DNA from: Candidatus Zhuqueibacterota bacterium
Lineage (GTDB): Bacteria; SM23-31
Direction of reading: 5' to 3'
Length of the DNA: 64,000 nucleotides
Assembly (NCBI GenBank): GCA_042564455.1
Contig: JBHPLC010000007.1
Location: forward strand, 10 to 64,009
A program made the translations under genes and the position numbers. Within the stretch, counting starts at the first letter, position 1. Each line of letters begins with the position of its first letter. Positions 49,297 through 59,187 of this stretch are shown in pieces. The notes under the pieces are model-generated. The model saw nothing but the letters and a program-made list of their open reading frames with translations. It ran no database searches and had not been told where the DNA came from.

Positions 49297-50448
49297 ATGA
49301 AAAAAGTCTATCTGGATAACAGTGCATCAACACCCATAGACAAAAGAGTCCTGGAAAAAATGATTCCGTTTTTTAGGGAAAAATATGGGAATCCTACAAG
49401 CATTCATTTCTTTGGGAGAGAAGCTAAAGATGCGGTCGAACATGCGAGAGAACAGATTGCTCATGTTATAAAAGCCGGACCGCAGGAAATATATTTTACC
49501 AGCGGAGGAACCGAATCAGACAATTGGGCTCTGACCGGTTACTGTCTTGCAAACAAAAATAAAGGCAATCATATTGTTACCTGTGAAGCTGAACATCCGG
49601 CTGTAATAAACACATGTAAATATCTTGAAAAATTTGGTTTTTTAACGACATATATACCCATTGAGAAAGATGGTACTTTAAGTATAAAGAAAATAGATGA
49701 TGCTGTAAAACCGGAGACGATATTACTATCTTTCATGCATGTAAATAATGAGATAGGAACAATTAACGAAATTCAGGAGATTGGAGACCTGGCAAAAAAT
49801 AAAGGGATCATTTTTCATTCCGATTGCGTACAGTCTTTTGGAAAAGTCCCAATAAATGTCAAAAAAACCAATATTGACCTGATCTCATTATCAAGCCATA
49901 AAATTTACGGACCCAAAGGGATGGGAGCGTTGTTCGTTAAGAAAGGAACCAAAATAGATAAAATCATCCATGGCGGCGGAAATGAAATGGAAATGAGGGC
50001 AGGAACGGAAAACGTAGCTTCTATTGTAGGTTTTGGAGAAGCAGCATATATTTCCGGAAAAAATCTTGATAAAGAAAGCAGATCTTTAACAGAACTTAGA
50101 AACTATTTTCATTCCAGATTGAAAGAAGAAATTGAAGATATCAGAATAAACGGCGGTCTGGAGAACAGACTTCCCGGAAATTTGAATGTTTCCTTCGCTA
50201 ACGCAGATGGTGAATCGATATTGTTAAGTCTGGACCTGCATGGGATTGCCGCATCCGCCGGATCTGCCTGTCATTCCGGCAGTGTAGAGATTTCTCCTAT
50301 TATTAAGGCATTGGATCCCCCTCACGAATTTACACAGTCCGCTCTCAGGTTTTCTCTTGGAAGATGGACTACCCGGTCAGATATTGACTATACGGTCAAG
50401 ACTTTGAAGGATGTGGTCTCACGCGTGAGGAATCTGGATAACATATAA
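49297..50448 (+). CDS. iscS: Cysteine desulfurase (IscS/NifS class)
   Basis: YLDNSAST, FTSGGTES, SSHKIYGPKG, GSACHS; next to mnmA. Confidence 0.92.
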   Translation: MKKVYLDNSASTPIDKRVLEKMIPFFREKYGNPTSIHFFGREAKDAVEHAREQIAHVIKAGPQEIYFTSGGTESDNWALTGYCLANKNKGNHIVTCEAEHPAVINTCKYLEKFGFLTTYIPIEKDGTLSIKKIDDAVKPETILLSFMHVNNEIGTINEIQEIGDLAKNKGIIFHSDCVQSFGKVPINVKKTNIDLISLSSHKIYGPKGMGALFVKKGTKIDKIIHGGGNEMEMRAGTENVASIVGFGEAAYISGKNLDKESRSLTELRNYFHSRLKEEIEDIRINGGLENRLPGNLNVSFANADGESILLSLDLHGIAASAGSACHSGSVEISPIIKALDPPHEFTQSALRFSLGRWTTRSDIDYTVKTLKDVVSRVRNLDNI

Positions 50449-50461
50449 AACTGAAATTATC

Positions 50462-51568
50462 ATGCAATCCAATAAGAAAAAAACGGTTCTTGTAGCTATG
50501 AGCGGCGGTGTCGACAGCTCTGTTGCTGCGGTACTTCTAAGAGAAAAAGGATATAATGTAGTCGGTATGACAATGAAACTGATCGATGAAAGTGAAAATG
50601 GTGAATTTGTCTCTGACAGGCCCTGTTGTACTGCAGATATGGCATCAAGAGCAAGATCAGTTTGTGCACAGTTTGATATTCCTCATTATGTTGTTGATTT
50701 CCGGAAAGAGTTCGAAAAAGATGTGATTGATGAATTCTTCGATCAATATTTAATGGGGATGACACCAAATCCATGTGTCAGATGCAATACATACATAAAA
50801 TGGTATCCTCTTGTTAAAAAGAAGGAATTAATAGGCGCAGATTTTATTGCGACCGGCCATTATGCAAGAATTGTCAGAAATAGATCTATCAATAACTTTG
50901 AACTGCACCGTGGAAAAGACAGTTCAAAAGATCAATCGTATTTTCTATGGGGATTGACAGGTAAACAGCTTGCTTTTACACTGTTTCCTCTGGGTGATCT
51001 CGAAAAAATGAAGGTAAGATCAATTGCGGAAAAATATGATCTTGCCAGTGCAAAAACAGCTGAAAGTCAGGAGATCTGTTTTATTCCGGATGACAATTAC
51101 AGAAGATTTATCAGTGACAGGCTAAAGAAAGAAGGAAGATCAATCACGCAGGGAAATATAAAAGACGTATACGGAAATATACTTGGAAAACATGATGGAT
51201 ACCAAAACTATACTATCGGACAGAGAAAAGGTCTTGGTGTCGCATTGGGTAAACCGGCTTACGTAACCGGAATTGATCCGGGTGAGAATTCTATTACCAT
51301 CGGGGATGTAGAGGATCTGTATTCAGATACACTGCATGCCGGATCTGTCAGCTGGGTTAACGGAATACCTGCCGGTAAAGAATTGGAAGTATATACAAAG
51401 ATAAGATATCGTGATCCCGGAACGGAATCGGTAATAAAACCAATGGATGAGGATAAGGTCGAAGTAAAATTTAAACACCCAGTAAGAGCAGTTACACCCG
51501 GTCAATCGGTTGTTTTTTATAAGAAAAATAAACTGCTGGGCGGAGGTGTGATCTCTTCAGGGCAATAG
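50462..51568 (+). CDS. mnmA: tRNA 2-thiouridylase
   Basis: AMSGGVDSS, TPNPCVRCN, ATGHY, KDQSYFL, ESQEICF, TIGQRKG, AVTPGQ. Confidence 0.97.
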   Translation: MQSNKKKTVLVAMSGGVDSSVAAVLLREKGYNVVGMTMKLIDESENGEFVSDRPCCTADMASRARSVCAQFDIPHYVVDFRKEFEKDVIDEFFDQYLMGMTPNPCVRCNTYIKWYPLVKKKELIGADFIATGHYARIVRNRSINNFELHRGKDSSKDQSYFLWGLTGKQLAFTLFPLGDLEKMKVRSIAEKYDLASAKTAESQEICFIPDDNYRRFISDRLKKEGRSITQGNIKDVYGNILGKHDGYQNYTIGQRKGLGVALGKPAYVTGIDPGENSITIGDVEDLYSDTLHAGSVSWVNGIPAGKELEVYTKIRYRDPGTESVIKPMDEDKVEVKFKHPVRAVTPGQSVVFYKKNKLLGGGVISSGQ

Positions 51569-51616
51569 ATAATAATTAAATGGATAATTAGTTTTCACAA
51601 AATAAGAGAATATAAA

Positions 51617-52450
51617 ATGGCTCTATCATCAAAAAGATCTGAAACGGAAAAAATATCTGTTGAAACAATTAAGGAAATGAAAAATCAGGGGGAAAAGATC
51701 GCAGCATTAACCGCTTATGATTTTCTTATGGCAAAAATACTCGATTCAAGCGGTATAGATCTGATCCTTATAGGTGATTCCGCCGGTAATGTATTTGCCG
51801 GTTATGAGACCACCTTACCGGTTTCGGTGGAAGAAATGCTATATCATACCAGAGCCGTAAAAAATGGGGTCAAGCATGCATTATTGATCCTTGATATGCC
51901 TTTTTTATCCTATCAGTGCGGAATTGACGATGCTGTAAGAAATGCCGGCCTGTTCCTGAAAGCCGGAGCCGAGGGCGTGAAGCTGGAGGGCGGCAGGCAG
52001 GTTGCAGAGATTGTGTCCAGGCTGACGGGTTTTGGAATACCGGTTATGGGACACCTGGGACTTACCCCGCAGTCCATAAATGAGTTTGGATCGTATAAAT
52101 TAAGAGGCAAAAAAGAGGGTGAGAGGAAACTTATACTTGAAGATGCTAAAATCCTTGAGGAAGCCGGAGCATTTTCTATAGTCCTGGAAAAAATACCCGA
52201 GCCTCTGGCAAAAGAAGTCTCAGAATCGATATCGATCCCTACAATAGGGATTGGGGCAGGCAGATACTGTGACGGACAGATTTTAGTATCTCACGATATT
52301 TTAGGGCTGAACGAAGGTTTTAAACCTAAATTTTTGAGAAAATATGCAGACCTTTCAAAAGAAATGAGAAATGCCTTCGGAAATTACATTGATGATGTAA
52401 GAAAAGGCGGTTTTCCTTCTGAACAAGAGTGTTATAATCCTAAAAAATAA
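51617..52450 (+). CDS. panB: 3-methyl-2-oxobutanoate hydroxymethyltransferase
   Basis: LTAYD, LIGDS, DMPF, VKLEGG, GHLGLTPQS, IGIGAG..CDGQ. Confidence 0.97.
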   Translation: MALSSKRSETEKISVETIKEMKNQGEKIAALTAYDFLMAKILDSSGIDLILIGDSAGNVFAGYETTLPVSVEEMLYHTRAVKNGVKHALLILDMPFLSYQCGIDDAVRNAGLFLKAGAEGVKLEGGRQVAEIVSRLTGFGIPVMGHLGLTPQSINEFGSYKLRGKKEGERKLILEDAKILEEAGAFSIVLEKIPEPLAKEVSESISIPTIGIGAGRYCDGQILVSHDILGLNEGFKPKFLRKYADLSKEMRNAFGNYIDDVRKGGFPSEQECYNPKK

Positions 52451-52459
52451 TAAATCTGT

Positions 52460-53464
52460 TTGGGTAAAATGAAATTCTTTTACGATAATGATGCTGACCT
52501 GAAACTTATACAGGATAAGATAATAGGTATAATCGGTTACGGGAATCAGGGCAGAGCTCATGCTTTGAACCTGATGGATTCCGGATTGAATGTTATTGTA
52601 GGGCTCAGAGAAAGAAGTACAAATATACAAAGGGCTATAAGTCACGGTCTGAATGTTAAGACAATTGAAGAGACTTCCGAATTAGCCGATTATTTAGTTC
52701 TGCTTATCCCCGATGAATCTCATTCTGATGTATTCCGGAAATCGGTTCTGCCTTATCTGTCAGAAGGGAAAATACTGAGCTTCGCACATGGATTCAGTCT
52801 TCTTTTTAAGGAAATTGTTCCTCCGGAAAATATTGATGTTGTAATTAATTCACCCAAATGCATTGGATATCTTGTAAGAGAAAATTTCAAGAAAAATTAC
52901 GGATTCCCCAATCTGATTGCTGTCCATCAGAATTTTTCGGGAAGGGCTAAAGACTATGCTCTTGCTTATGCCAGAGGAATTGGCGGCACCCGCGCAGGAG
53001 TAATGGATTCAAACGTTGAAGAAGAAGCAGTTACCAACCTCTTTGGAGAGCAGTCCGTTCTTTGCGGAGGAATTGTCGAACTGATCAAAGCTGCTTTCGA
53101 TACTCTTGTTGAAGCAGGTTACAATCCCGAAGTCGCTTTTTTCGAATGTATGCATGAGATAAAACCGATAATAGACCTGTTTTATAAAGAGGGACTGAAC
53201 GAAATGAACAGGCGGATCAGCAATACTGCAGAATATGGTGAATATTGTTCCGGCCCGAGGATAATAGACAGGCATGTCCGGGAAAATATGAAAAAGGTCT
53301 TGCTGGATATAAAAAAGGGAAAGTTTGCCGAAAAATGGATTGAAGAATATAGATCTGGATTTAAAAATTTTAATAATATGCGCAAAAGATCAGAAACTCA
53401 TCCTATAGATAAAGTCGGAGTTAGAATGAGAAAAATGATGCCCTGGTTAAAAAACAGATCATAA
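52460..53464 (+). CDS. ilvC: Ketol-acid reductoisomerase (short class I)
   Basis: GYGNQGRAHALNL, FAHGF, LFGEQSVLCGG, ECMHE, SNTAEYG; ATG 52469 is an alternative start. Confidence 0.93.
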   Translation: MGKMKFFYDNDADLKLIQDKIIGIIGYGNQGRAHALNLMDSGLNVIVGLRERSTNIQRAISHGLNVKTIEETSELADYLVLLIPDESHSDVFRKSVLPYLSEGKILSFAHGFSLLFKEIVPPENIDVVINSPKCIGYLVRENFKKNYGFPNLIAVHQNFSGRAKDYALAYARGIGGTRAGVMDSNVEEEAVTNLFGEQSVLCGGIVELIKAAFDTLVEAGYNPEVAFFECMHEIKPIIDLFYKEGLNEMNRRISNTAEYGEYCSGPRIIDRHVRENMKKVLLDIKKGKFAEKWIEEYRSGFKNFNNMRKRSETHPIDKVGVRMRKMMPWLKNRS

Positions 53465-53495
53465 TTTATATACATATATTAAATAATTCATAGTT

Positions 53496-54290
53496 ATGTC
53501 TGAAAAAAGCCGGTCAATAATTACACTATTAACTGATTTCAGCAGCAGTGACGGTTATCCCGGTATAATGAAAGGTGTGATTCTTGACATCGATCCGGAT
53601 GCAAAAATTATTGATGTCACTCATGATATCCCAAAATGGGATATCAGGTCTGCGGCATTTGTTCTGTTATATGCATATGAATACTTCCCGCGAGGTTCAA
53701 TACATGTTTGTGTTGTAGATCCGGGAGTTGGTTCTGATAGAGAAATAATAATATTAGAAACACCTGATCATTTATTTATTGCACCGGATAACGGACTTCT
53801 CTCCCTGATCTTTGAAAAAGAGGAAAATTATAAAGTATATATAATTGATCCGGAGCTGGATATTTTTGGAAATATCAGTAATACCTTTCATGGAAGAGAC
53901 ATCTTTGCCCCTACAGCTGCATATCTGTCTTTGGGGGAAAATATCATGGATTTCGGTGAGATTTATTCCGAATTTAAAACAGATCTGATCCCAGGACCGG
54001 TTATAAATCGAGAATTAATAACCGGGGAGATTGTCTATGTTGATAGTTTTGGGAATCTGATCAGCAATATTAAAAGAACGGACATCGAAAAATTTCATAA
54101 AAGAAAAAACATTCAGATCGAGATCTCAGATCAGAAAATATCAGGTTTGAAAAAAAGTTATGACTCTGCAGGAAAAGGTGAAATACTCGCTTTAATATCA
54201 AGTTCTGATTTTCTGGAGATCGCTTGCTGCAGGTGTTCTGCCTCAGAAATATTATCTGTAAAGATCGGGGCGAAAATCCGCCTGTCCTGA
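53496..54290 (+). CDS. SAM hydroxide adenosyltransferase / chlorinase-fluorinase family (DUF62)
   Basis: ITLLTDF, VVDPGVG, APDNG, TFHGRDIF, VDSFGN. Confidence 0.93.
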   Translation: MSEKSRSIITLLTDFSSSDGYPGIMKGVILDIDPDAKIIDVTHDIPKWDIRSAAFVLLYAYEYFPRGSIHVCVVDPGVGSDREIIILETPDHLFIAPDNGLLSLIFEKEENYKVYIIDPELDIFGNISNTFHGRDIFAPTAAYLSLGENIMDFGEIYSEFKTDLIPGPVINRELITGEIVYVDSFGNLISNIKRTDIEKFHKRKNIQIEISDQKISGLKKSYDSAGKGEILALISSSDFLEIACCRCSASEILSVKIGAKIRLS

Positions 54291-54404
54291 CTTTTAAAAA
54301 GATATGGAGAATAATATATATTTAATAATAAAATTATTGAATTTATCCAAAAAAATTGATATACTTAAAGTTTTATCTGATAACAAGCAAAGAGGAGTAT
54401 AAAA

Positions 54405-55565
54405 ATGGGAATGTATGTTGGCTACGGAAGAAAAGCCAGACGCTGTTATGGTTTTGATGAAATAGCACTTGTCCCTGGTGATATCACTATCAATCCTAAT
54501 GAAGTTGATATCAGTTGGGAAATAAAAGGGAAGAAGTATGAGGTTCCGATTCTTGCGGCTGCAATGGATGGTGTTGTTGATACAAAATTTGCAATTGCAA
54601 TGGGAAAACTTGGAGCTCTCGCAGTATTGAACTTAGAGGGAATCCAGACAAGATATCGTGATACTGATGAGGTCTATTCACGTATCGCCGAATCCTCCAA
54701 TGAAGATACGACACAGCTGCTTCAGGAAATATATACAAGAAAAATTGATGAAGATCTTATTAGTCTGCGGATAGAAGAGATTAAGAAAGCAGGTGTTCCG
54801 GCTGTTGTTTCTGCTATTCCACAGAAAGCGGAAAGATATGGAGCAATTGCTCAGGAAGCCGGAGCTGATATATTTGTTGTCCAGTCAACAGTAACTACTG
54901 TAACACATGTATCCAGCGAATATAAATCTCTTGATTTAGAGAACTTTTTTAAATCTATGAAAGTCCCGGTAATAGTTGGAAACAGTGTTACTTATAAAAC
55001 AGCTTTTTCATTAATGGAAATTGGAGCAGATGCTCTTCTTATCGGGGTTGGTCCGGGGGCAGCTTGCACGACCCGCGGAGTTTTAGGAATAGGTGTACCG
55101 CAGGTTACAGCCACTGCGGACAGCAGAGCGGCACGAGACGCATACTATGTAAAAACAGGCAGGTATGTACCGATAATTACCGATGGAGGAATGTCAACAG
55201 GCGGCGATATATGCAAAGCAATTGCAAGCGGATCAGATGCGGTAATGGTCGGTTCGGCTTTTGCTAAAGCCGAAGAAGCCCCGGGCAGAGGTTTTCATTG
55301 GGGAATGGCTACTCCTCATGCAAACCTTCCAAGAGGAACAAGAATTTTTGTTGGGACATCAGGAACGATAGAGCAGATACTTTATGGACCGGCAGAACAT
55401 GATGACGGCTCTCAAAATCTTGTTGGAGCACTAAGAACTTCAATGGGCAGTCTGGGAGTTTCGAACATTAAGGAAATGCAGGATACGGAAATTATTATCG
55501 CCCCTGCCATTCGAACTGAAGGAAAATTATTTCAAAAAGCCCAAAGAGTTGGAATGGGCAAATAA
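54405..55565 (+). CDS. GuaB3-type IMP dehydrogenase-related protein (no CBS domains)
   Basis: YGFDEIALVP, AMDGVV, GVGPGAACTTRGVLG, HWGMAT. Confidence 0.92.
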   Translation: MGMYVGYGRKARRCYGFDEIALVPGDITINPNEVDISWEIKGKKYEVPILAAAMDGVVDTKFAIAMGKLGALAVLNLEGIQTRYRDTDEVYSRIAESSNEDTTQLLQEIYTRKIDEDLISLRIEEIKKAGVPAVVSAIPQKAERYGAIAQEAGADIFVVQSTVTTVTHVSSEYKSLDLENFFKSMKVPVIVGNSVTYKTAFSLMEIGADALLIGVGPGAACTTRGVLGIGVPQVTATADSRAARDAYYVKTGRYVPIITDGGMSTGGDICKAIASGSDAVMVGSAFAKAEEAPGRGFHWGMATPHANLPRGTRIFVGTSGTIEQILYGPAEHDDGSQNLVGALRTSMGSLGVSNIKEMQDTEIIIAPAIRTEGKLFQKAQRVGMGK

Positions 55566-55587
55566 TCAGAGTTTGTTTTTATACTAA

Positions 55588-55694
55588 AAGAGATTGCATC
55601 TTAATGATGAGAGATAGTTTGTGATACTGCCGGATTGTTTTTCGGAGCAGGTATGAAAATTACTCTTAAGAGATCAGTAAGGAAGCAATCTCTT
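55588..55694. other. Long imperfect hairpin (~107 nt), possible ncRNA or 3' UTR structure
   Basis: AAGAGATTGC/GCAATCTCTT closing stem with nested CTTA/TAAG, TGAT/ATCA, TGC/GCA and CCGGA/TTCGG pairings. Confidence 0.45.
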
Positions 55695-55735
55695 CTTTAT
55701 TTTTAAAGACTATAAATAAAATAACATGAAACGAA

Positions 55736-55796
55736 AAACCGGATCAGCGTTATATGGGGATATCGGGGGAAATATCACCCAAATGCTGTCCGGTTT
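55736..55796. terminator. Long-stem terminator between convergent guaB3-like gene and rpsT
   Basis: AAACCGGA/TCCGGTTT, CAGCGTT/AATGCTG, GATAT/ATATC; U-tracts on both strands. Confidence 0.65.
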
Positions 55797-55811
55797 AAAA
55801 CTAAAAAATAA

Positions 55812-56066
55812 TTAATTCAATCTATTTAATTGTTTAGCAAGCTGAGATTTTTTCCGGGATGCGGTATTTTTATGCAGTATCTTTTTTGAGACAAGTTTGT
55901 CCAGAATTGAAACAGCTTCTTTAAGATTGTCTTGAGATGTTTCCGCTGAATCACTATCCAATGCATTTTTGACAACTGATTTTAACCTGGATTTATAAAC
56001 CCGGTTTCTCGCATTCTGCTTCTTGCTAAGCACGATTCTCTTTTTTGTTGATTTGTGTTGAGCCAT
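55812..56066 (-). CDS. rpsT: 30S ribosomal protein S20
   Basis: MAQHKSTKKR..RN..KS..LDKLVSKKILHKNTASRKKS. Confidence 0.96.
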   Translation of the reverse strand: MAQHKSTKKRIVLSKKQNARNRVYKSRLKSVVKNALDSDSAETSQDNLKEAVSILDKLVSKKILHKNTASRKKSQLAKQLNRLN

Positions 56067-56269
56067 GATTTTCCTTAAAACATATAGACAATAAATATAT
56101 ACAAAAAATCGAATTAAGTCAATATAAATCTGAGAGAATTAACCAATTGTTTTAATATGGAATACATTATTTTGAATTGAATTTTTTGATAAATGAAGAA
56201 TATTTAGTATATTACCGATAACTTTTAATATAAAAGCATTCCATCCGTACGGTTGATATATAGAAAATT

Positions 56270-58024
56270 ATGGCTGAACAGGAAGAAAAAAGTCTAAAAG
56301 AAGGTCAGGCTATTCAGACCTTCCGAAATGAATTGCTTGAAGGTAATTTTGACGGAGCGAGAGTAATTGAGCGTGAGCAAATGATACCACCTCAGGCAGT
56401 TCAATCTGTGGTGCATTCCACATTTGAGACATTTATAACAGAAAGTAAATTTATAAAAGCTATTGAAATCGGCAAAAAATATGAAATGTCTAAGGATAAG
56501 ATAGCTGATGTTATTTATATGGAATTTCGGGATAAAATTGCCAGAGGAAATTTTGATAAAGCAATAGAATGGGCGCTTGTATATAGTCTTCCTGACTACG
56601 AAATTACAAGAGCAGCAATAAAGGCAATAGAAGCGGCAATATTAAATAAAGATATCAAACTCGCGGTTGAGATCAAACAAAAATACAATATTACTGAAGA
56701 ACAGATTGGTAACATCTGGCAAAAAGGTTACGATGATGCTTTTAAGGAGGGGAAATTTTTTGAAGCCGCTCTTTTGAGCAGAGAATTTGGTATGTCTGAA
56801 CGCAAAACTATTATTACTTCGGCTAAGGCTTTCAGAAATGCCATGAATAAGAATAGTTTTGAGGGAATGATCTCGGTTGAAACGGAATTTCATTTATTCA
56901 ATGATGCTGAATTCTCTCTTCTTGGAGACGAAGAGAGCCGCGCTCTGATCAAAAAAATAGAAGAGTATCTTAAAGAGAAACTCAGATCAGATTCTTTTAA
57001 AAAAGCTGTTGAACTGATCATAGGAATTGCTATTCTATTTAAAGAAATTAAGAACCATACGCTGAAAGGTCTATTGCATTTTGTTTATTCTCAAGCCATC
57101 GACATGCACCAGCTTCTTTTACATGACAACAGATACGACGATGCGATATGGTTTGTAAGAGAACTTAATCTGCTTGAAGATAATACACCGCCGAATATCC
57201 TTAGAGAAATTTTTAATCATGGTGTTGCTTATCATAACAAACTCGTTGAAAACGGTAATATTTCCCAGGCGATCACTATCAAACAGGATTATGATCTTTT
57301 GGGAGCACGCAGTAATGCCGACAGTATCGATAAAATTCAGGATGCAATTATTATTGTTCTTGGGGGCCTTATCGCAAAAGGAGAAACTAATATTGCAAAT
57401 CAGATCATAAATGAATATAGTGTAGCTCCGGATGAAGTAGCTGATGTCACAAACAAAGCTGTGATAGGTCTGCTGAGAGATAGAGAGTATGAAAAATCCA
57501 TTAAAATCGTTACGCGGTTTAAAACTGATATAAGTAATTTTGAAATAAGGAATGCAGCAAAGGAAGCGTTTGAACAGTGTTTTGAGGATGGATATTTTGA
57601 AACGGCGGCTAATCTGGGATATATTTTCGAAGTGGAATCACCAAACCTGAAAGAAGCTGCAAAAGTGGTTTGGGAAGACTTAATGCAGCGGCAGGAATAT
57701 AAAAAAGCTATTGTTATAAAAAAGAAACATAAACTGACAAAAAGACACACCGAATCAATTGCAAAAGCCGAATATGACAGACTGATTCAAATTAATAGTA
57801 TTGATGATGCACAGATATTAAGATCAGAGTATAGAGTTAATGTCGGAATATTTGCCTGGTTTATAGAAGTTATTCGAAAGATCCTCCATTTGATCTTTAA
57901 AAAAGATATATTGGGAACACCGGTAATTGATGAAGTCTCCACAGAAAATGAATCTCCCCCGGAGAAAGAAACTACAGCAGAAAATAATACACCCGAATTA
58001 GTAAATGCTGAAAACGGAGCATAA
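56270..58024 (+). CDS. Hypothetical alpha-helical repeat (solenoid-like) protein
   Basis: Recurring ~35-aa helical units (G.F..A..I..EY.I); acidic tail; no recognised family. Confidence 0.75.
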   Translation: MAEQEEKSLKEGQAIQTFRNELLEGNFDGARVIEREQMIPPQAVQSVVHSTFETFITESKFIKAIEIGKKYEMSKDKIADVIYMEFRDKIARGNFDKAIEWALVYSLPDYEITRAAIKAIEAAILNKDIKLAVEIKQKYNITEEQIGNIWQKGYDDAFKEGKFFEAALLSREFGMSERKTIITSAKAFRNAMNKNSFEGMISVETEFHLFNDAEFSLLGDEESRALIKKIEEYLKEKLRSDSFKKAVELIIGIAILFKEIKNHTLKGLLHFVYSQAIDMHQLLLHDNRYDDAIWFVRELNLLEDNTPPNILREIFNHGVAYHNKLVENGNISQAITIKQDYDLLGARSNADSIDKIQDAIIIVLGGLIAKGETNIANQIINEYSVAPDEVADVTNKAVIGLLRDREYEKSIKIVTRFKTDISNFEIRNAAKEAFEQCFEDGYFETAANLGYIFEVESPNLKEAAKVVWEDLMQRQEYKKAIVIKKKHKLTKRHTESIAKAEYDRLIQINSIDDAQILRSEYRVNVGIFAWFIEVIRKILHLIFKKDILGTPVIDEVSTENESPPEKETTAENNTPELVNAENGA

Positions 58025-58028
58025 ATAA

Positions 58029-58055
58029 AAACAGCGGCAAATTTTACCGCTGTTT
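58029..58055. terminator. Intrinsic terminator (bidirectional)
   Basis: AAACAGCGG-9nt-CCGCTGTTT. Confidence 0.75.
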
Positions 58056-58090
58056 GAGGTATGCTATTGGTTTTCCATCCATATAGATCT

Positions 58091-58124
58091 AACTATGATA
58101 ACCGCGTGATATCATAGTTTTTTT
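58091..58124. terminator. Second hairpin/terminator next to the flagellin 3' end
   Basis: AACTATGATA-9nt-TATCATAGTT followed by a T run. Confidence 0.6.
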
Positions 58125-58139
58125 ATGGACTTACTGTGT

Positions 58140-58985
58140 TTATGTAAACAATGCCAGCACATTTTGCGGCGTTACATTTGCCTGAGCAAGCTGTGCTGTA
58201 GCAGTCTGCTGTAATATCTGCAGTCTTGTGCTTTCCAACTGCTCACTGGCAATATCAGCATCAAGAATCCTGCTTTTTGTTGCTTCTGAATTTGTCATTG
58301 CTACTGATAATGTCGATTCTTTAACTGTCAGTCTTGCGATCATAGCACCGATCGATTGAAGTGAATCTGAAACAGTATCGATAGCAGAATTTACTTTATC
58401 CAATGCACCGCTTGCATCTGATGCTGTACTGACTTTTGTCGAAACATTACCTGAGCTGACTACCAATCCTGATGAAGTGTGAACAGCAGTCATTGTAAAT
58501 GTAGTAGTATCTGTTGTTGCTTCACCGGTCTGAAATGATTTGCTTGAATAAGTTCCATCAATTAATGCGACACCATTAAACAATGTTTCTGCAACAATGT
58601 CGTCTATTTCTGCGGTAAGCTCATCAATTTCGTTTTTGATGGCATCTCTTTCTGCAGTACCCATGGTGTCAGATGCTGCCTGGGTGACTTTTTCCTTCAT
58701 CGTAAGCAGTATATCAGAGATGTTCTGCAGACCGCCCTCGGCGATCGATAGAACGTTCTTTGCTGTTCCGACATTATCGAATGCTACAGCAAGACCGCGG
58801 ATCCTTGCCGATAATTTGGTCGATATAACGAATCCGGCAGGATCATCCGCAACTTCGTTAATGCGTCTGCCTGTAGCGAGTCGTAACTGAGAGATCTCTA
58901 AATTTCTGTTTACGTATTTCAGGGAATGTAATGCATTAAAGGCGGCAATATTGGTGTTTATTCTGGTGGAATCTCCAATGGCCAT
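58140..58985 (-). CDS. fliC: Flagellin (short, D0/D1 only)
   Basis: RINTNIAA, RLATGRRIN..ADDPAG, AEGGL, FNG..L, SRILDADIA.E, ILQQ..LAQAN. Confidence 0.95.
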   Translation of the reverse strand: MAIGDSTRINTNIAAFNALHSLKYVNRNLEISQLRLATGRRINEVADDPAGFVISTKLSARIRGLAVAFDNVGTAKNVLSIAEGGLQNISDILLTMKEKVTQAASDTMGTAERDAIKNEIDELTAEIDDIVAETLFNGVALIDGTYSSKSFQTGEATTDTTTFTMTAVHTSSGLVVSSGNVSTKVSTASDASGALDKVNSAIDTVSDSLQSIGAMIARLTVKESTLSVAMTNSEATKSRILDADIASEQLESTRLQILQQTATAQLAQANVTPQNVLALFT

Positions 58986-58994
58986 TTTATAACC

Positions 58995-59033
58995 TCCATG
59001 TTATGTTTGACCTGCGTCAGGCATCCCTACCCG
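58995..59033 (-). promoter_or_regulatory. Two CsrA-type ANGGA sites in the flagellin leader
   Basis: AGGGA in the loop of hairpin GGGTA-GGGA-TGCCT (59028-59024), and ATGGA overlapping the SD (58999-58995). Confidence 0.65.
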
Positions 59034-59092
59034 GCGCATCGTAATTTTTCAGGCTTAAAACAGATTTTTGAGTGCAGTTTTGCTATTCATAA

Positions 59093-59119
59093 TAATCGGC
59101 ACTTCTTGAACGAACTTGA
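59093..59119 (-). promoter_or_regulatory. Sigma28 (FliA) promoter
   Basis: TCAA-N15-GCCGATTA versus consensus TAAA-N15-GCCGATAA. Confidence 0.8.
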
Positions 59120-59187
59120 GAAATTTTCAGAAAAATTTTGAAAAAAAATGATAATTGTGTAAAATTGCTCAATAAAACGGGAGATTT

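Noticed and set aside
53496-54290. Halogenase for secondary metabolism
   Set aside because: The housekeeping context and generic DUF62 motifs favour a SAM hydrolase; there is no biosynthetic cluster.
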